From: Nemertoderma westbladi | Taxonomy: Eukaryota; Animalia; Xenacoelomorpha | Assembly: GCA_032718475.1 (NCBI GenBank) | Contig: JAUCBJ010008402.1 | Location: 62,007 to 126,006, forward strand | Direction of reading: 5' to 3' | DNA length: 64,000 nt | In this document: positions 12,356 through 25,400 of the stretch, in pieces | Position numbering within the stretch: position 1 is the first letter of the stretch | How the letters are laid out: every line of letters begins with the position of its first letter | The notes under the pieces: model-generated | Databases searched by the model: none | Told to the model about the DNA's origin: nothing | The model's input: only the letters and a program-made list of their open reading frames with translations | Made by a program: the position numbers and the translations under genes

Positions 12356-13937
12356 ATGCAAGATGCAAGGAAACTTATGTCACCTGTCCAATGTGTAACA
12401 CTACAGCTTAAACCACGTACATCCCTTTATGAGTTAGCCGTTGACATTCTAGAACTGCTGAGATGCATACATGAACAAATTCTTACAGAACCTTGTCGTA
12501 AACGGCTGCGCAAAGCCACACCATCAGGTGAAGGGGATATCACTCTGGCAGGACTCAGTAATGATATGAACTCAGCCGTAGCTGCAATACAGACCAGACT
12601 ATGTCTTCTTGAGAATGACATTGACGCACTCAAGCAGCAGAACTCTAACCTGCAAGAAGAGCTTAATCTTGAACGCAACACCAGGACAGTTATAGAGCAC
12701 CATTTAAATGCTCTTACTGGGAAAATAAACAACTCACATCACCAACCAACAACAACTAACAGCACTGCCATAGTATGCAATAGCAAAGACCAAAACAACA
12801 CTGACTCAGGGAGAATAATTTCCAGCATTGTGAACCCTACACAGGTGCAGGACAATCAGGATACAGCACCAACGAAATTGCAAACCAAAGAAGAAGTTCA
12901 ACAGGATTTGGTTGTAATAGATCATTGGCCCACTCCCACTTGCAAAGAAATTGACCAACCCCCTGTAACTTTACACACAGATAAATCACAATGGAACAGG
13001 GTTGTGGAGAAACCTGTCAATCAACCCAGGAATAGAATTAGACACCATACACAACTCCATACCAACCACCCTAAGTAACAAATTTGCTCCCTTGAGAGAA
13101 AATTGTGGTCCTCTTTATAATACTCATCTCCAACAGCACCCAACCAAGAAGCTTCCATCCAATTATCAACCCCAAATGTTGCCTTCTCACAACTCCATGA
13201 ACAGAGTCCAGAAGCAACTAACCCAAAAGCACCAAGTGCATTATGGACCGAATAACCAATCTGTTCCCCACACACCCTCTTATTAAGACAACAGAGCAAA
13301 TGATCTGTATCCACCAACTACAAACTATACAAAGCATAATCTCACCAACCACCATACAAAGGAAGCTCCCAGAGACAGAAGTTACGTAGAAAGGTTCCAA
13401 TTGAAGGCCAACTACTTCAATGACCATTCCTTCAAACAAACTTCTAATACACACCCTTCGCCAGTACCCTTTAAGCTTAAATATCAAAGCAACAATGAAA
13501 CCTGTAATTACACCAGAGCCCCCAACCATATTCATACCTCAAACATCAAAACCTGTAACAGTACATCCATTTTTCTTACTAACATTAACCCAATTATGTT
13601 TGAAGAGGATGTAGAAGCTTTCCTGCTTGAAAAACACATAAATGTATATCAAATCACAACAAAACGCAACCAGTTCACCCATTCTAAGATCATGCGCATC
13701 ACAGTTGATAGTAAGGATGTAAACAAACTAACACATAACTTATTTTGGCCTCAAGACAACCATTGTTATACATGGACACAGGACAGACAGAACTACTGGG
13801 AGAGGAACAATGCTTACCTTATAGGTAGAGAAGTAAACAACTGGAGACACAAACTAGAACGTCAACAGTGGGACCGAATTCTGAACAATCGCACCCATTA
13901 CTCTTGCCCCATACAGAGATCTAATCATTATCTTTAG
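12356..13937 (+). pseudogene. LINE ORF1 C-terminal part: coiled coil, SNKFAPL motif and RRM-like domain (frameshifted)
   Basis: IQTRLCLLENDIDALKQQNSNLQEEL heptads; TLSNKFAPL; SIFLTNINP...EEDVEAFL...MRITV...FWPQDNHCYTW, typical of invertebrate LINE ORF1 RRMs. Confidence 0.7.
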
Positions 13938-14061
13938 CAGTGAGTTGTATACTAGCACACAACCAACGACGAAACAGGCTGGATGGAACATGGGCCAAAA
14001 GGAAGCTGTGACAGTAAAATCTGACATCGATGGAGGAACCACTAGCTGTAACCCCCCTTCC

Positions 14062-15400
14062 ATCATAATAGGGTCACTTAACACTCATGGCTTCTTATCG
14101 AACTCTACCTACATCGCTAACCTGCTCAAGTCATGTAATGTGTTGGGAATACAGGAGCACTGGCTCGATGAATTAGAATGTCGAACCATCCTTCAGAATC
14201 TAGATGACCATTTTCACTGTGTTTTCTCAATCAGCAATCTAATGCAGAATCCATACTGCAAACGAGGAGCTGGGGGTACTGCAGGAAAAAATTGTTTTCA
14301 AGTTGGAATGAATTAGGGTCTGGGGATGACATCTGTGGAATACAGGCACAACTACAGAATGCAGAATCGCCACTCATACTCCTATCATGTTATGCACCAG
14401 ATGCAAGCAAGGATAGAACTATTTACCACGATTTCCTTGGCAGACTCGAATCAATCCTAAGCCAACATCCTCTATCCTCCCCAATTATAATGTCGGATAC
14501 AAATGCTGACCTTGGTAGACTCCAGGGAGAGAGATTTAATCATGATGTAGCTAATGAAAGAGGAAAATTTCTTAATGACTTCCTTAACAAAAACAATTTG
14601 ACAGCAGTGGATACACTCAGCAATTTCACAGGACCCTGTATAACGTATAGGGGTCATGGAGAATCTTATATCGACCATATTCTAATGGCAACTCGGGACA
14701 CCAACTTAATTACCAGTGGTCAAGTCTTTCATGAGGACCCAGTAAACAACTATTCGGATCATACACCCCTTGGTACTACCGCTACAGGTCTACGCGAAAT
14801 GACTGAAGTACTACATAAAAAGGCAAACTCGGTCTCCCTATTAATCGAACACAGCAAAACAAATTGGATTTGGATTGGCAAACAATTCAGGAAAAGTAAA
14901 ACACATGAACCATCTGTCATCAACATCAATGGAACTCCGATCAAAAGAAGCTCCCACCTCACCTTTCTTGGCTACAAACTGTATGGATCTATAACATCTA
15001 GTCAGATCCTCAATGAAACTACACAATCAATAGCGATTTTGTCCCAAACATTCCACTCTAAAGGATGGACTACACGTTGGATTTGCAGTAAGACTGTCTT
15101 TAAGATTTGGTCAACAATGTCAGTCCCTGTAATCACTTATCAACTAAAAATGAACATTGGTGCTCTCAACGATACAGATCTCGGAAAACTGGACGCCTAC
15201 TACAGGAAAACTCTACTACGCGGTTTGCTCCATCTGGGATCATACATTAGCAACACAACTCTCTACTGTTTATCTCGGAGCCTCCCTATCTCTACCGAGG
15301 CGGAACGCCTCGGTAGTCCAGTGTCTTGGCAACTTGATGCGGGTTTTCAGTTGTCCAAATCCCACTCTGCAACTCGGATTCCGGTTGGCCTTACATAGTA
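14062..15400 (+). pseudogene. LINE ORF2 remnant: APE endonuclease fused to the post-YADD part of reverse transcriptase
   Basis: IGSLNTHG, GIQEHWL, RGAGGTA, MSDTNA, SYIDHIL, SDHTPL, then immediately GLREMTEVL...SKT...INGTPIKRSSHLTFLG...PVITY. Frameshift near 14290. Confidence 0.88.
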
Positions 15401-16496
15401 ATGCCCACCCTAACAGTTCACACAGGGGCATCTCTTGTGGTTATGTAAAAGCAGCTATGACTTTTCCAATACCACGTCTTTTTTCGCTAGCCTCGTTCAA
15501 GTATGATACTAAACATATAATTGACCGAATCAATAATGGGTGCCCTACCAATAAAGACAGGTTAACCTCGAACTTCGTAGAGAATTGCTTCCAACTGAAA
15601 TCAACATCCCTGGACAAAAAGAGATCGATAATAATAGATTACTTGTGTGCTATTATATAACGACTCGTACATACGACTTACATTTCCTAACACTGACTTC
15701 CTTTTCTGACAACACAACGACATCAATGCCAATGTACCATCATTCCCATCCTTGTACAGTACTACCTTGTATATATGTAACGTTTAGTTTACCTGCACTG
15801 AATACGCTACCTATTATCTGTAATTCTGGAACAACCTGTGACTACAAACTATTATATGGATCCTATTTCTGAATGTTTTAATGTTTATTGTTTTTACTGA
15901 TTAATTTTATTGTGCAGTGCCATAAATTTCATTTAACATAATATGCAACATGTTTTTATTTGTTAATATAATTGTCGGCTCGACTGACATACCCGATGAA
16001 ATGAAATGAAATGAAATGTATCGTTGACTTGCGTGTAAGGATTTGATTACTAATTGTATCGTTGAGTGCGTGTAAGTAAGCAGTACCCGCCATGATTGGG
16101 TTAATTTATCTACATCGGTTGAGCATTTTCCTGTACTTATGAACATTGAACTTAATAATCAAATACAATAGGATTATAAATCACCATCTTATTACAGTTG
16201 TTGTAGATTTGCCCATTGTTTTAGTATTACATAATATAATTAAAAAAATTGCAACTATTTATATCTTAAAAACAAAACCACTTATATAATCCTACCGGTA
16301 TACTGTATTTACAGAATAGCTAGCCAAGTTTTCAGTTCAAAGCAATTAATTTATTTTAATTAACATTCGCTTTCGGGTAGATACGATATTGACTAAAAGT
16401 TATTTCCACACCAATTATCGTAAATCCCATTCCCATAACCCTTTACTTTATGCATTGTGTTTATTAGTTCGTATTATTGAATGTGAATTCCAATGA

Positions 16497-19400
16497 CCAA
16501 CCAATGTAAACTGTAAGATAACCTCAGCTACCAACCTTCCTTCCAGCTGCCCACTGTAAACTGTAAGATAACCTCAGCTACCACCCACCCAGCTGCCCAC
16601 TGTAAACTGTAAGATAACCTCAGCTACCAACCATCCAGCAACCCACTGTAAACTGCAAGATAACCTCAGCTACCAACCTTCCAGCTGCCCACTGTAAACT
16701 GTAAGATAACCTCAGCTACCACCCACCCAGCTGCCCACTGTAAACTGTAAGATAACCTCGGCTACCAACCATCCAGCAACCCACTGTAAACTGCAAGATA
16801 ACCTCAGCTACCAACCACCCAGCTGCCCACTGTAAACTGTAAGATAACCTCAGCTACCAACCATCCAGCAACCCACTGTAAACTGCAAGATAACCTCAGC
16901 TACCAACCACCCAGCTGCCCACTGTAAACTGTAACATATACTCAGCTAGCAACCACCCAGCTGCGCACTGTAAGCTGTAACATATACTCAGCTAGCAACC
17001 TCCCAGCAGCCCATTGTAAGCTGTAAATTATACTCAGCTAGCAACCACCAAGCTGCCCACTGTAAGCTTTAACATATACGCAGCTAGCAACCTCCCAGCA
17101 GCCCACTGTAAGCTTTAACATATACTCAGCTAGCAACCACCCAGCTGCCCACTGTAAACTGTAACATATACTCAGCTACCAGCCTTCCAGCTGCCCACTG
17201 TAAACTGTAACATATACTCAGCTAGCAACCACCCAGCTGCCCACTGTAAACTGTAACATATACTCAGCTACCAGCCTTCCAGCTGCCCACTGTAAACTGT
17301 AAGATAACCTCGGCTACCAACCATCCAGCAACCCACTGTAAACTGCAAGATAACCTCAGCTACCAACCACCCAGCTGCCCACTGTAAACTGTAACATATA
17401 CTCAGCTACCAACCACCCAGCTGCCCACTGTAAACTGTAAGATAACCTCAGCTACCAACCATCCAGCAACCCACTGTAAACTGCAAGATAACCTCAGCTA
17501 CCAACCACCCAGCTGCCCACTGTAAACTGTAACATATACTCAGCTAGCAACCACCCAGCTGCGCACTGTAAGCTGTAACATATACTCAGCTAGCAACCTC
17601 CCAGCAGCCCATTGTAAGCTGTAAATTATACTCAGCTAGCAACCACCAAGCTGCCCACTGTAAGCTTTAACATATACGCAGCTAGCAACCTCCCAGCAGC
17701 CCACTGTAAGCTTTAACATATACTCAACTAGCAACCACCAAGCTGCCCACTGTAAGCTGTAACATATACTCAGCTACCAACCTTCCAGCTGCCCACTGTA
17801 AACTGTAACATATACTCAGCTAGCAACCACCCAGCTGCCCACTGTAAACTGTAACATATACTCAGCTACCAGCCTTCCAGCTGCCCACTGTAAACTGTAA
17901 GATAACCTCAGCTACCAACCTCCCAGCTGCCCACTGTAAACTGTAAGATAACCTCAGCTACCAGCCTTCCTTCCAGCTGCCCACTGTAAACTGTAAGATA
18001 ACCCCAGCTACCAACCTCCCAGCTGCCCACTGTAAGCTGTAAGATAACCTCAGCTACCAACCTTCCAGCTGCCCACTGTAAACTGTAAGATAACCTCAGC
18101 TACCAACCATCCAGCTGCCCACTGTAAACTGTAAGATAACCTCAGCTACCAACCTCCCAGCTGCCCACTGTAAACTGTAAGATAACCTCAGCTACCAACC
18201 ACCCAGCTGCCACTGTAAACTGTAAGATAACCTCAGCTACCAACCTTCCTTCCAGCTGCCCACTGTAAACTGTAAGATAACCTCAGCTACCAACCATCCA
18301 GCAACCCACTGTAAACTGTAAGATAACCTCAGCTACCAACCTTCCAGCTGCCCAAGGTAAACTGTAAGATAACCTCAGCTACCAGCCTTCCTTCCAGCTG
18401 CCCACTGTAAACTGTAAGATAACCTCAGCTACCAACCTTCCAGCTGCCCAAGGTAAACTGTAAGATAACCTCAGCTACCAGCCTTCCTTCCAGCTGCCCA
18501 CTGTAAACTGTAAGATAACCTCAGCTACCAACCTTCCAGCTGCCCACTGTAAACTGTAAGATAACCTCAGCTACCAACCTTCCAGCTGCCCAAGGTAAAC
18601 TGTAAGATAACCTCAGCTACCAGCCTTCCTTCCAGCTGCCCACTGTAAACTGTAAGATAACCTCAGCTACCAACCATCCAGCTGCCCACTGTAAACTGTA
18701 AGATAACCTCGGCTACCAACCATCCTTCCAGCTGCCCACTGTAAACTGTAAGATAACCTCAGCTACCAACCTTCCTTCCAGCTGCCCACTGTAAACTGTA
18801 AGATAACCTCAGCTACCAACCTTCCAGCTGCCCACTGTAAACTGTAAGATAACCTCAGCTACCAACCTTCCAGCTGCCCACTGTAAACTGTAAGATAACC
18901 TCAGCTACCAACCTTCCAGCTGCCCACTGTAAACTGTAAGATAACCTCGGCTACCAACCATCCTTCCAGCTGCCCACTGTAAACTGTAAGATAACCTCAG
19001 CTACCAACCTTCCTTCCAGCTGCCCACTGTAAACTGTAAGATAACCTCAGCTACCAACCTTCCAGCTGCCCACTGTAAACTGTAAGATAACCTCAGCTAC
19101 CAACCATCCAGCTGCCCAAGGTAAACTGTAAGATAACTTCAGCTACCAGCCTTCCAGCTGCCCAAGGTAAACTGTAAGATAACCTCAGCTACCAGCCTTC
19201 CTTCCAGCTGCCCACTGTAAACTGTAAGATAACCTCAGCTACCAACCTTCCAGCTGCCCACTGTAAACTGTAAGATAACCTCAGCTACCAACCTCCCAGC
19301 TGCCCACTGTAAACTGTAAGATAACCTCAGCTACCAACCATCCAGCTGCCCAAGGTAAACTGTAAGATAACTTCAGCTACCAGCCTTCCAGCTGCCCACT

Positions 19401-22400
19401 GTAAACTGTAAGATAACCTCAGCTACCAACCATCCAGCAACCCACTGTAAACTGTAAGATAACCTCAGCTACCAACCTTCCAGCTGCCCACTGTAAACTG
19501 TAAGATAACCTCAGCTACCAACCTCCCAGCTGCCCACTGTAAACTGTAAGATAACCTCAGCTACCAACCTTCCAGCTGCCCAAGGTAAACTGTAAGATAA
19601 CCTCAGCTACCAGCCTTCCTTCCAGCTGCCCACTGTAAACTGTAAGATAACCTCAGCTACCAACCTTCCAGCTGCCCAAGGTAAACTGTAAGATAACCTC
19701 AGCTACCAGCCTTCCTTCCAGCTGCCCACTGTAAACTGTAAGATAACCTCAGCTACCAACCTTCCAGCTACCCAAGGTAAACTGTAAGATAACCTCAGCT
19801 ACCAGCCTTCCTTCCAGCTGCCCACTGTAAACTGTAAGATAACCTCAGCTACCAACCTTCCAGCTGCCCAAGGTAAACTGTAAGATAACCTCAGCTACCA
19901 GCCTTCCTTCCAGCTGCCCACTGTAAACTGTAAGATAACCTCAGCTACCAACCTTCCAGCTGCCCAAAGTAAACTGTAAGATAACCTCAGCTACCAGCCT
20001 TCCTTCCAGCTGCCCACTGTAAACTGTAAGATAACCTCAGCTACCAACCTTCCAGCTGCCCAAGGTAAACTGTAAGATAACCTCAGCTACCAACCTTCCA
20101 GCTGCCCAAGGTAAACTGTAAGATAACCTTAGCTACCAACCTTCCAGCTGCCCACTGTAAACTGTAAGATAACCTCAGCTACCAACCTTCCAGCTGCCCA
20201 AGGTAAACTGTAAGATAACCTCAGCTACCAGCCTTCCTTCCAGCTGCCCACTGTAAACTGTAAGATAACCTCGGCTACCAACCATCCTTCCAGCTGCCCA
20301 CTGTAAACTGTAAGATAACCTCAGCTACCAACCTTCCTTCCAGCTGCCCACTGTAAACTGTAAGATAACCTCAGCTACCAACCTTCCAGCTGCCCACTGT
20401 AAACTGTAAGATAACCTCAGCTACCAACCTCCCAGCTGCCCACTGTAAACTGTAAGATAACCTCAGCTACCAACCTTCCAGCTGCCCAAGGTAAACTGTA
20501 AGATAACCTCAGCTACCAGCCTTCCTTCCAGCTGCCCACTGTAAACTGTAAGATAACCTCAGCTACCAACCTTCCAGCTGCCCAAGGTAAACTGTAAGAT
20601 AACCTCAGCTACCAGCCTTCCTTCCAGCTGCCCACTGTAAACTGTAAGATAACCTCAGCTACCAACCTTCCAGCTACCCAAGGTAAACTGTAAGATAACC
20701 TCAGCTACCAGCCTTCCTTCCAGCTGCCCACTGTAAACTGTAAGATAACCTCAGCTACCAACCTTCCAGCTGCCCAAGGTAAACTGTAAGATAACCTCAG
20801 CTACCAGCCTTCCTTCCAGCTGCCCACTGTAAACTGTAAGATAACCTCAGCTACCAACCTTCCAGCTGCCCAAAGTAAACTGTAAGATAACCTCAGCTAC
20901 CAGCCTTCCTTCCAGCTGCCCACTGTAAACTGTAAGATAACCTCAGCTACCAACCTTCCAGCTGCCCAAGGTAAACTGTAAGATAACCTCAGCTACCAAC
21001 CTTCCAGCTGCCCAAGGTAAACTGTAAGATAACCTTAGCTACCAACCTTCCAGCTGCCCACTGTAAACTGTAAGATAACCTCAGCTACCAACCTTCCAGC
21101 TGCCCAAGGTAAACTGTAAGATAACCTCAGCTACCAGCCTTCCTTCCAGCTGCCCACTGTAAACTGTAAGATAACCTCAGCTACCAACCTCCCAGCTGCC
21201 CACTGTAAACTGTAAGATAACCTCAGCTACCAACCACCCAGCTGCCACTGTAAACTGTAAGATAACCTCATCTACCAGCCTTTCTTCCAACTGCCCACTG
21301 TAAACTGTAAGATAACCTCAGCTACCAACCTCCCAGCTGCCCAAGGTAAACTGTAAGATAACCTCAGCTACCAACCTTCCAGCTGCCCAAGGTAAACTGT
21401 AAGATAACCTCAGCTATCAGCCTTCCTTCCAGCTGCCCACTGTAAACTGTAAGATAACCTCGGCTACCAACCTTCCAGCTGCCCACTGTAAGCTGTAACA
21501 TATACTCTGCTAGCAACCACCCAGCTGCCACTGTAAACTGTAAGATAACCTCGGCTACCAACCTTCCAGCTGCCCACTGTAAGCTGTAACATATACTCTG
21601 ATAGCAACCACCCAGCTGCCACTGTAAACTGTAAGATAACCTCAGCTACCAACCTTCCAGCTGCCCACTGTAAACTGCAAGATAACCTCAGCTACCAACC
21701 TTCCAGCTGCCCACTGTAAACTGTAAAATAACCTCAGCTACCAACCTTCCGGCTGCCCACTGTAAGCTGTAACATATACTCTGCTAGCAACCACCCAGCT
21801 GCCACTGTAAACTGTAAGATAACCTCAGCTACCAACCTTCCGGCTGCCCACTGTAAACTGTAAGATAACCTCAGCTACCAACCTTCCGGCTGCCCACTGT
21901 AAGCTGTAACATATACTCTGCTAGCAACCACCCAGCTGCCACTGTAAACTGTAAGATAACCTCAGCTACCAACCTTCCAGCTGCCCACTGTAAACTGTAA
22001 GATAACCTCAGCTACCAACCTTCCGGCTGCCCACTGTAAGCTGTAACATATACTCTGCTAGCAACCACCCAGCTGCCACTGTAAACTGTAAGATAACCTC
22101 GGCTACCAACCTTCCAGCTGCCCACTGTAAGCTGTAACATATACTCTGCTAGCAACCACCCAGCTGCCACTGTAAACTGTAAGATAACCTCAGCTACCAA
22201 CCTTCCAGCTGCCCACTGTAAACTGCAAGATAACCTCAGCTACCAACCTTCCAGCTGCCCACTGTAAACTGTAAGATAACCTCAGCTACCAACCTTCCGG
22301 CTGCCCACTGTAAGCTGTAACATATACTCTGCTAGCAACCACCCAGCTGCCACTGTAAACTGTAAGATAACCTCAGCTACCAACCTTCCAGCTGCCCACT

Positions 22401-25400
22401 GTAAACTGCAAGATAAGCTCAGCTACCAACCTTCCAGCTGCCCACTGTAAACTGTAAGATAACCTCAGCTACCAACCTTCCAGCTGCCCACTGTAAACTG
22501 TAAGATAACCTCAGCTACCAACCACCCAGCTGCCCACTGTAAACTGTAAGATAACCTCAGCTACCAACCTTCCAGCTACCCACTGTAAACTGTAAGATAA
22601 CCTCGGCTAACAACCATCCTTCCAGCTGCCAACTGTAAACTGTAAGATAACCTCAGCTACCAACCTTCCAGCTGCCCACTGTAAACTGTAAGATAACCTC
22701 AGCTACCAACCTTCCAGCTGCCCACTGTAAACTGTAAGATAACCTCAGCTACCAACCTTCCAGCTGCCCACTGTAAACTGTAAGATAACCTCAGCTACCA
22801 ACCTTCCAGCTGCCCACTGTAAACTGTAAGATAACCTCAGTTACCAACCACCCAGCTGCCACTGTAAACTGTAAGATAACCTCAGCTACCAACAACCCAG
22901 CTGCCCACTGTAAACTGTAAGATAACCTCAGCTACCAACCTTCCAGCTGCCCACTGTAAACTGTAAGATAACCTCAGCTACCAACCTCCTAGCTGCCCAC
23001 TGTAAACTTAAGATAACCTCAGCTACCAACCTTCCTTCCAGCTGCCAACTGTAAACTGTAAGATAACCTCAGCTACCAACCTCCCAGCTGCCCACTGTAA
23101 ACTGTAAGATAACCTCAGCTACCAACCACCCAGCTGCCCACTGTAAACTGTAAGATAACCTCAGCTACCAACCTTCCTTCAAGCTGCCAACTGTAAACTG
23201 TAAGATAACCTCAGCTACCAACCTCCTAGCTGCCCACTGTAAACTGTAAGATAACCTCAGCTACCAACCTTCCTTCCAGCTGCCAACTGTAAACTGTAAG
23301 ATAACCTCAGCTACCAACCATCCTTCCAGCTGCCCACTGTAAACTGTAAGATAACCTCGGCTACCAACCTCCCAGCTGCCCACTGTAAACTGTAAGATAA
23401 CCTCAGCTAACAACCTCCTAGCTGCCCACTGTAAACTGTAAGATAACCTCAGCTACCAACTACCCAGCTGCCCACTGTAAACTGTAAGATAACCTCAGTT
23501 ACCAACCACCCAGCTGCCCACTGTAAGCTGTAACATATACTCTGCTAGCAACCACCCAGCTGCCACTGTAAACTGTAAGATAACCTCAGCTACCAACAAC
23601 CCAGCTGCCCACTGTAAACTGTAAGATAACCTCAGCTACCAACCACCAAGCTGCCCACTGTAAACTGTAAGATAACCTCAGCTACCAACCTTCCAGCTGC
23701 CCACTGTAAACTGTAAGATAACCTCAGCTACCAGCCTTCCTTCCAGCTGCCCACTGTAAACTGTAAGATAACCTCAGCTAACAACCTTCCAGCTGCCCAC
23801 TGTAAACTGTAAGATAACCTCAGCTACCAACCTTCCAGCTGCCCACTGTAAACTGTAAGATAACCTCAGCTACCAGCCTTCCTTCCAGCTGCCCACTGTA
23901 AACTGTAAGATAACCCCAGCTACCAACCTCCCAGCTGCCCACTGTAAACTGTAAGATAACCTCAGCTACCAACCTTCCTTCCAGCTACCAACTGTAAACT
24001 GTAAGATAACCTCAGCTACCAACCTCCCAGCTGCCCACTGTAAACTGTAAGATAACCTCAGCTACCAACCACCCAGCTGCCCACTGTAAACTGTAAGATA
24101 ACCTCAGCTACCAACCTCCCAGCTGCCCACTGTAAACTGTAAGATAACCTCAGCTACCAACCTCCTAGCTGCCCACTGTAAACTGTAAGATAACCTCAGC
24201 TACCAACCTTCCTTCCAGCTGCCAACTGTAAACTGTAAGATAACCTCAGCTACCAACCTCCCAGCTGCCACTGTAAACTGTAAGATAACCTCAGCTACCA
24301 ACAACCCAGCTGCCCACTGTAAACTGTAAGATAACCTCAGCTACCAACCTTCCAGCTGCCCACTGTAAACTGTAAGATAACCTCAGCTACCAACCTCCCA
24401 GCTGCCCACTGTAAACTGTAAGATAACCTCAGCTACCAACCTTCCAGCTGCCCAAGGTAAACTGTAAGATAACCTCAGCTACCAACCTCCCAGCTGCCCA
24501 CTGTAAACTGTAAGATAACCTCAGCTACCAACCTTCCTTCCAGCTGCCAACTGTAAACTGTAAGATAACCTCAGCTACCAACCTTCCAGCAACCCACTGT
24601 AAACTGTAAGATAACCTCAGCTACCAACCTTCCTTCCAGCTGCCAACTGTAAACTGTAAGATAACCTCAGCTACCAACCTCCCAGCTGCCCACTGTAAAC
24701 TGTAAGATAACCTCAGCTACCAACCTTCCAGCTGCCCACTGTAAACTGTAAGATAACCTCAGCTACCAACCTCCTAGCTGCCCACTGTAAACTGTAAGAT
24801 AACCTCAGCTACCAACCTCCCAGCTGCCCACTGTAAACTGTAAGATAACCTCAGCTACCTTCCTTCCAGCTGCCAACTGTAAACTGTAAGATAACCTCAG
24901 CTACCAACCTTCCAGCTGCCCAAGGTAAACTGTAAGATAACCTCAGCTACCAACCACCCAGCTGCCCACTGTAAGCTGTAACATATACTCTGCTAGCAAC
25001 CACCCAGCTGCCCACTGTAAGCTGTAACATATACTCTGCTAGCAACCACCTAGCTGCCCACTGTAAACTGTAAGATAACCTCAGCTACAACCTTCCTTCC
25101 AGCTGCCCACTGTAAACTGTAAGATAACCTCAGCTACCAACCTTCCTTCCAGCTGCCCACTGTAAACTGTAAGATAACCTCAGCTACCAACCTTCCTTCC
25201 AGCTGCCCACTGTAAACTGTAAGATAACCTCAGCTACCAACCTTCCAGCAACCCACTGTAAACTGTAAGATAACCTCAGCTACCAACCTTCCTTCCAGCT
25301 GCCAACTGTAAACTGTAAGATAACCTCAGCTACCAACCTTCCTTCCAGCTGCCAACTGTAAACTGTAAGATAACCTCAGCTACCAACCTCCCAGCTGCCC

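Larger units (their letters stand above)
8130..16018 (+). mobile_element. Decayed APE-type non-LTR retrotransposon (RTEX-like), internally deleted; 5' boundary approximate
   Basis: Colinear + strand ORF1 fragments, an APE endonuclease with QEHWL motif, RT C-terminal part, AT-rich 3' UTR and (ATGAA)4 tail at 15996-16018. Confidence 0.85.

Noticed and set aside
8041-16020. ATGTA as TSD of the LINE (8041-8045 and 16016-16020)
   Set aside because: Only 5 bp, AT-rich and overlapping the tail. It cannot be distinguished from chance, so the 5' boundary is left approximate.
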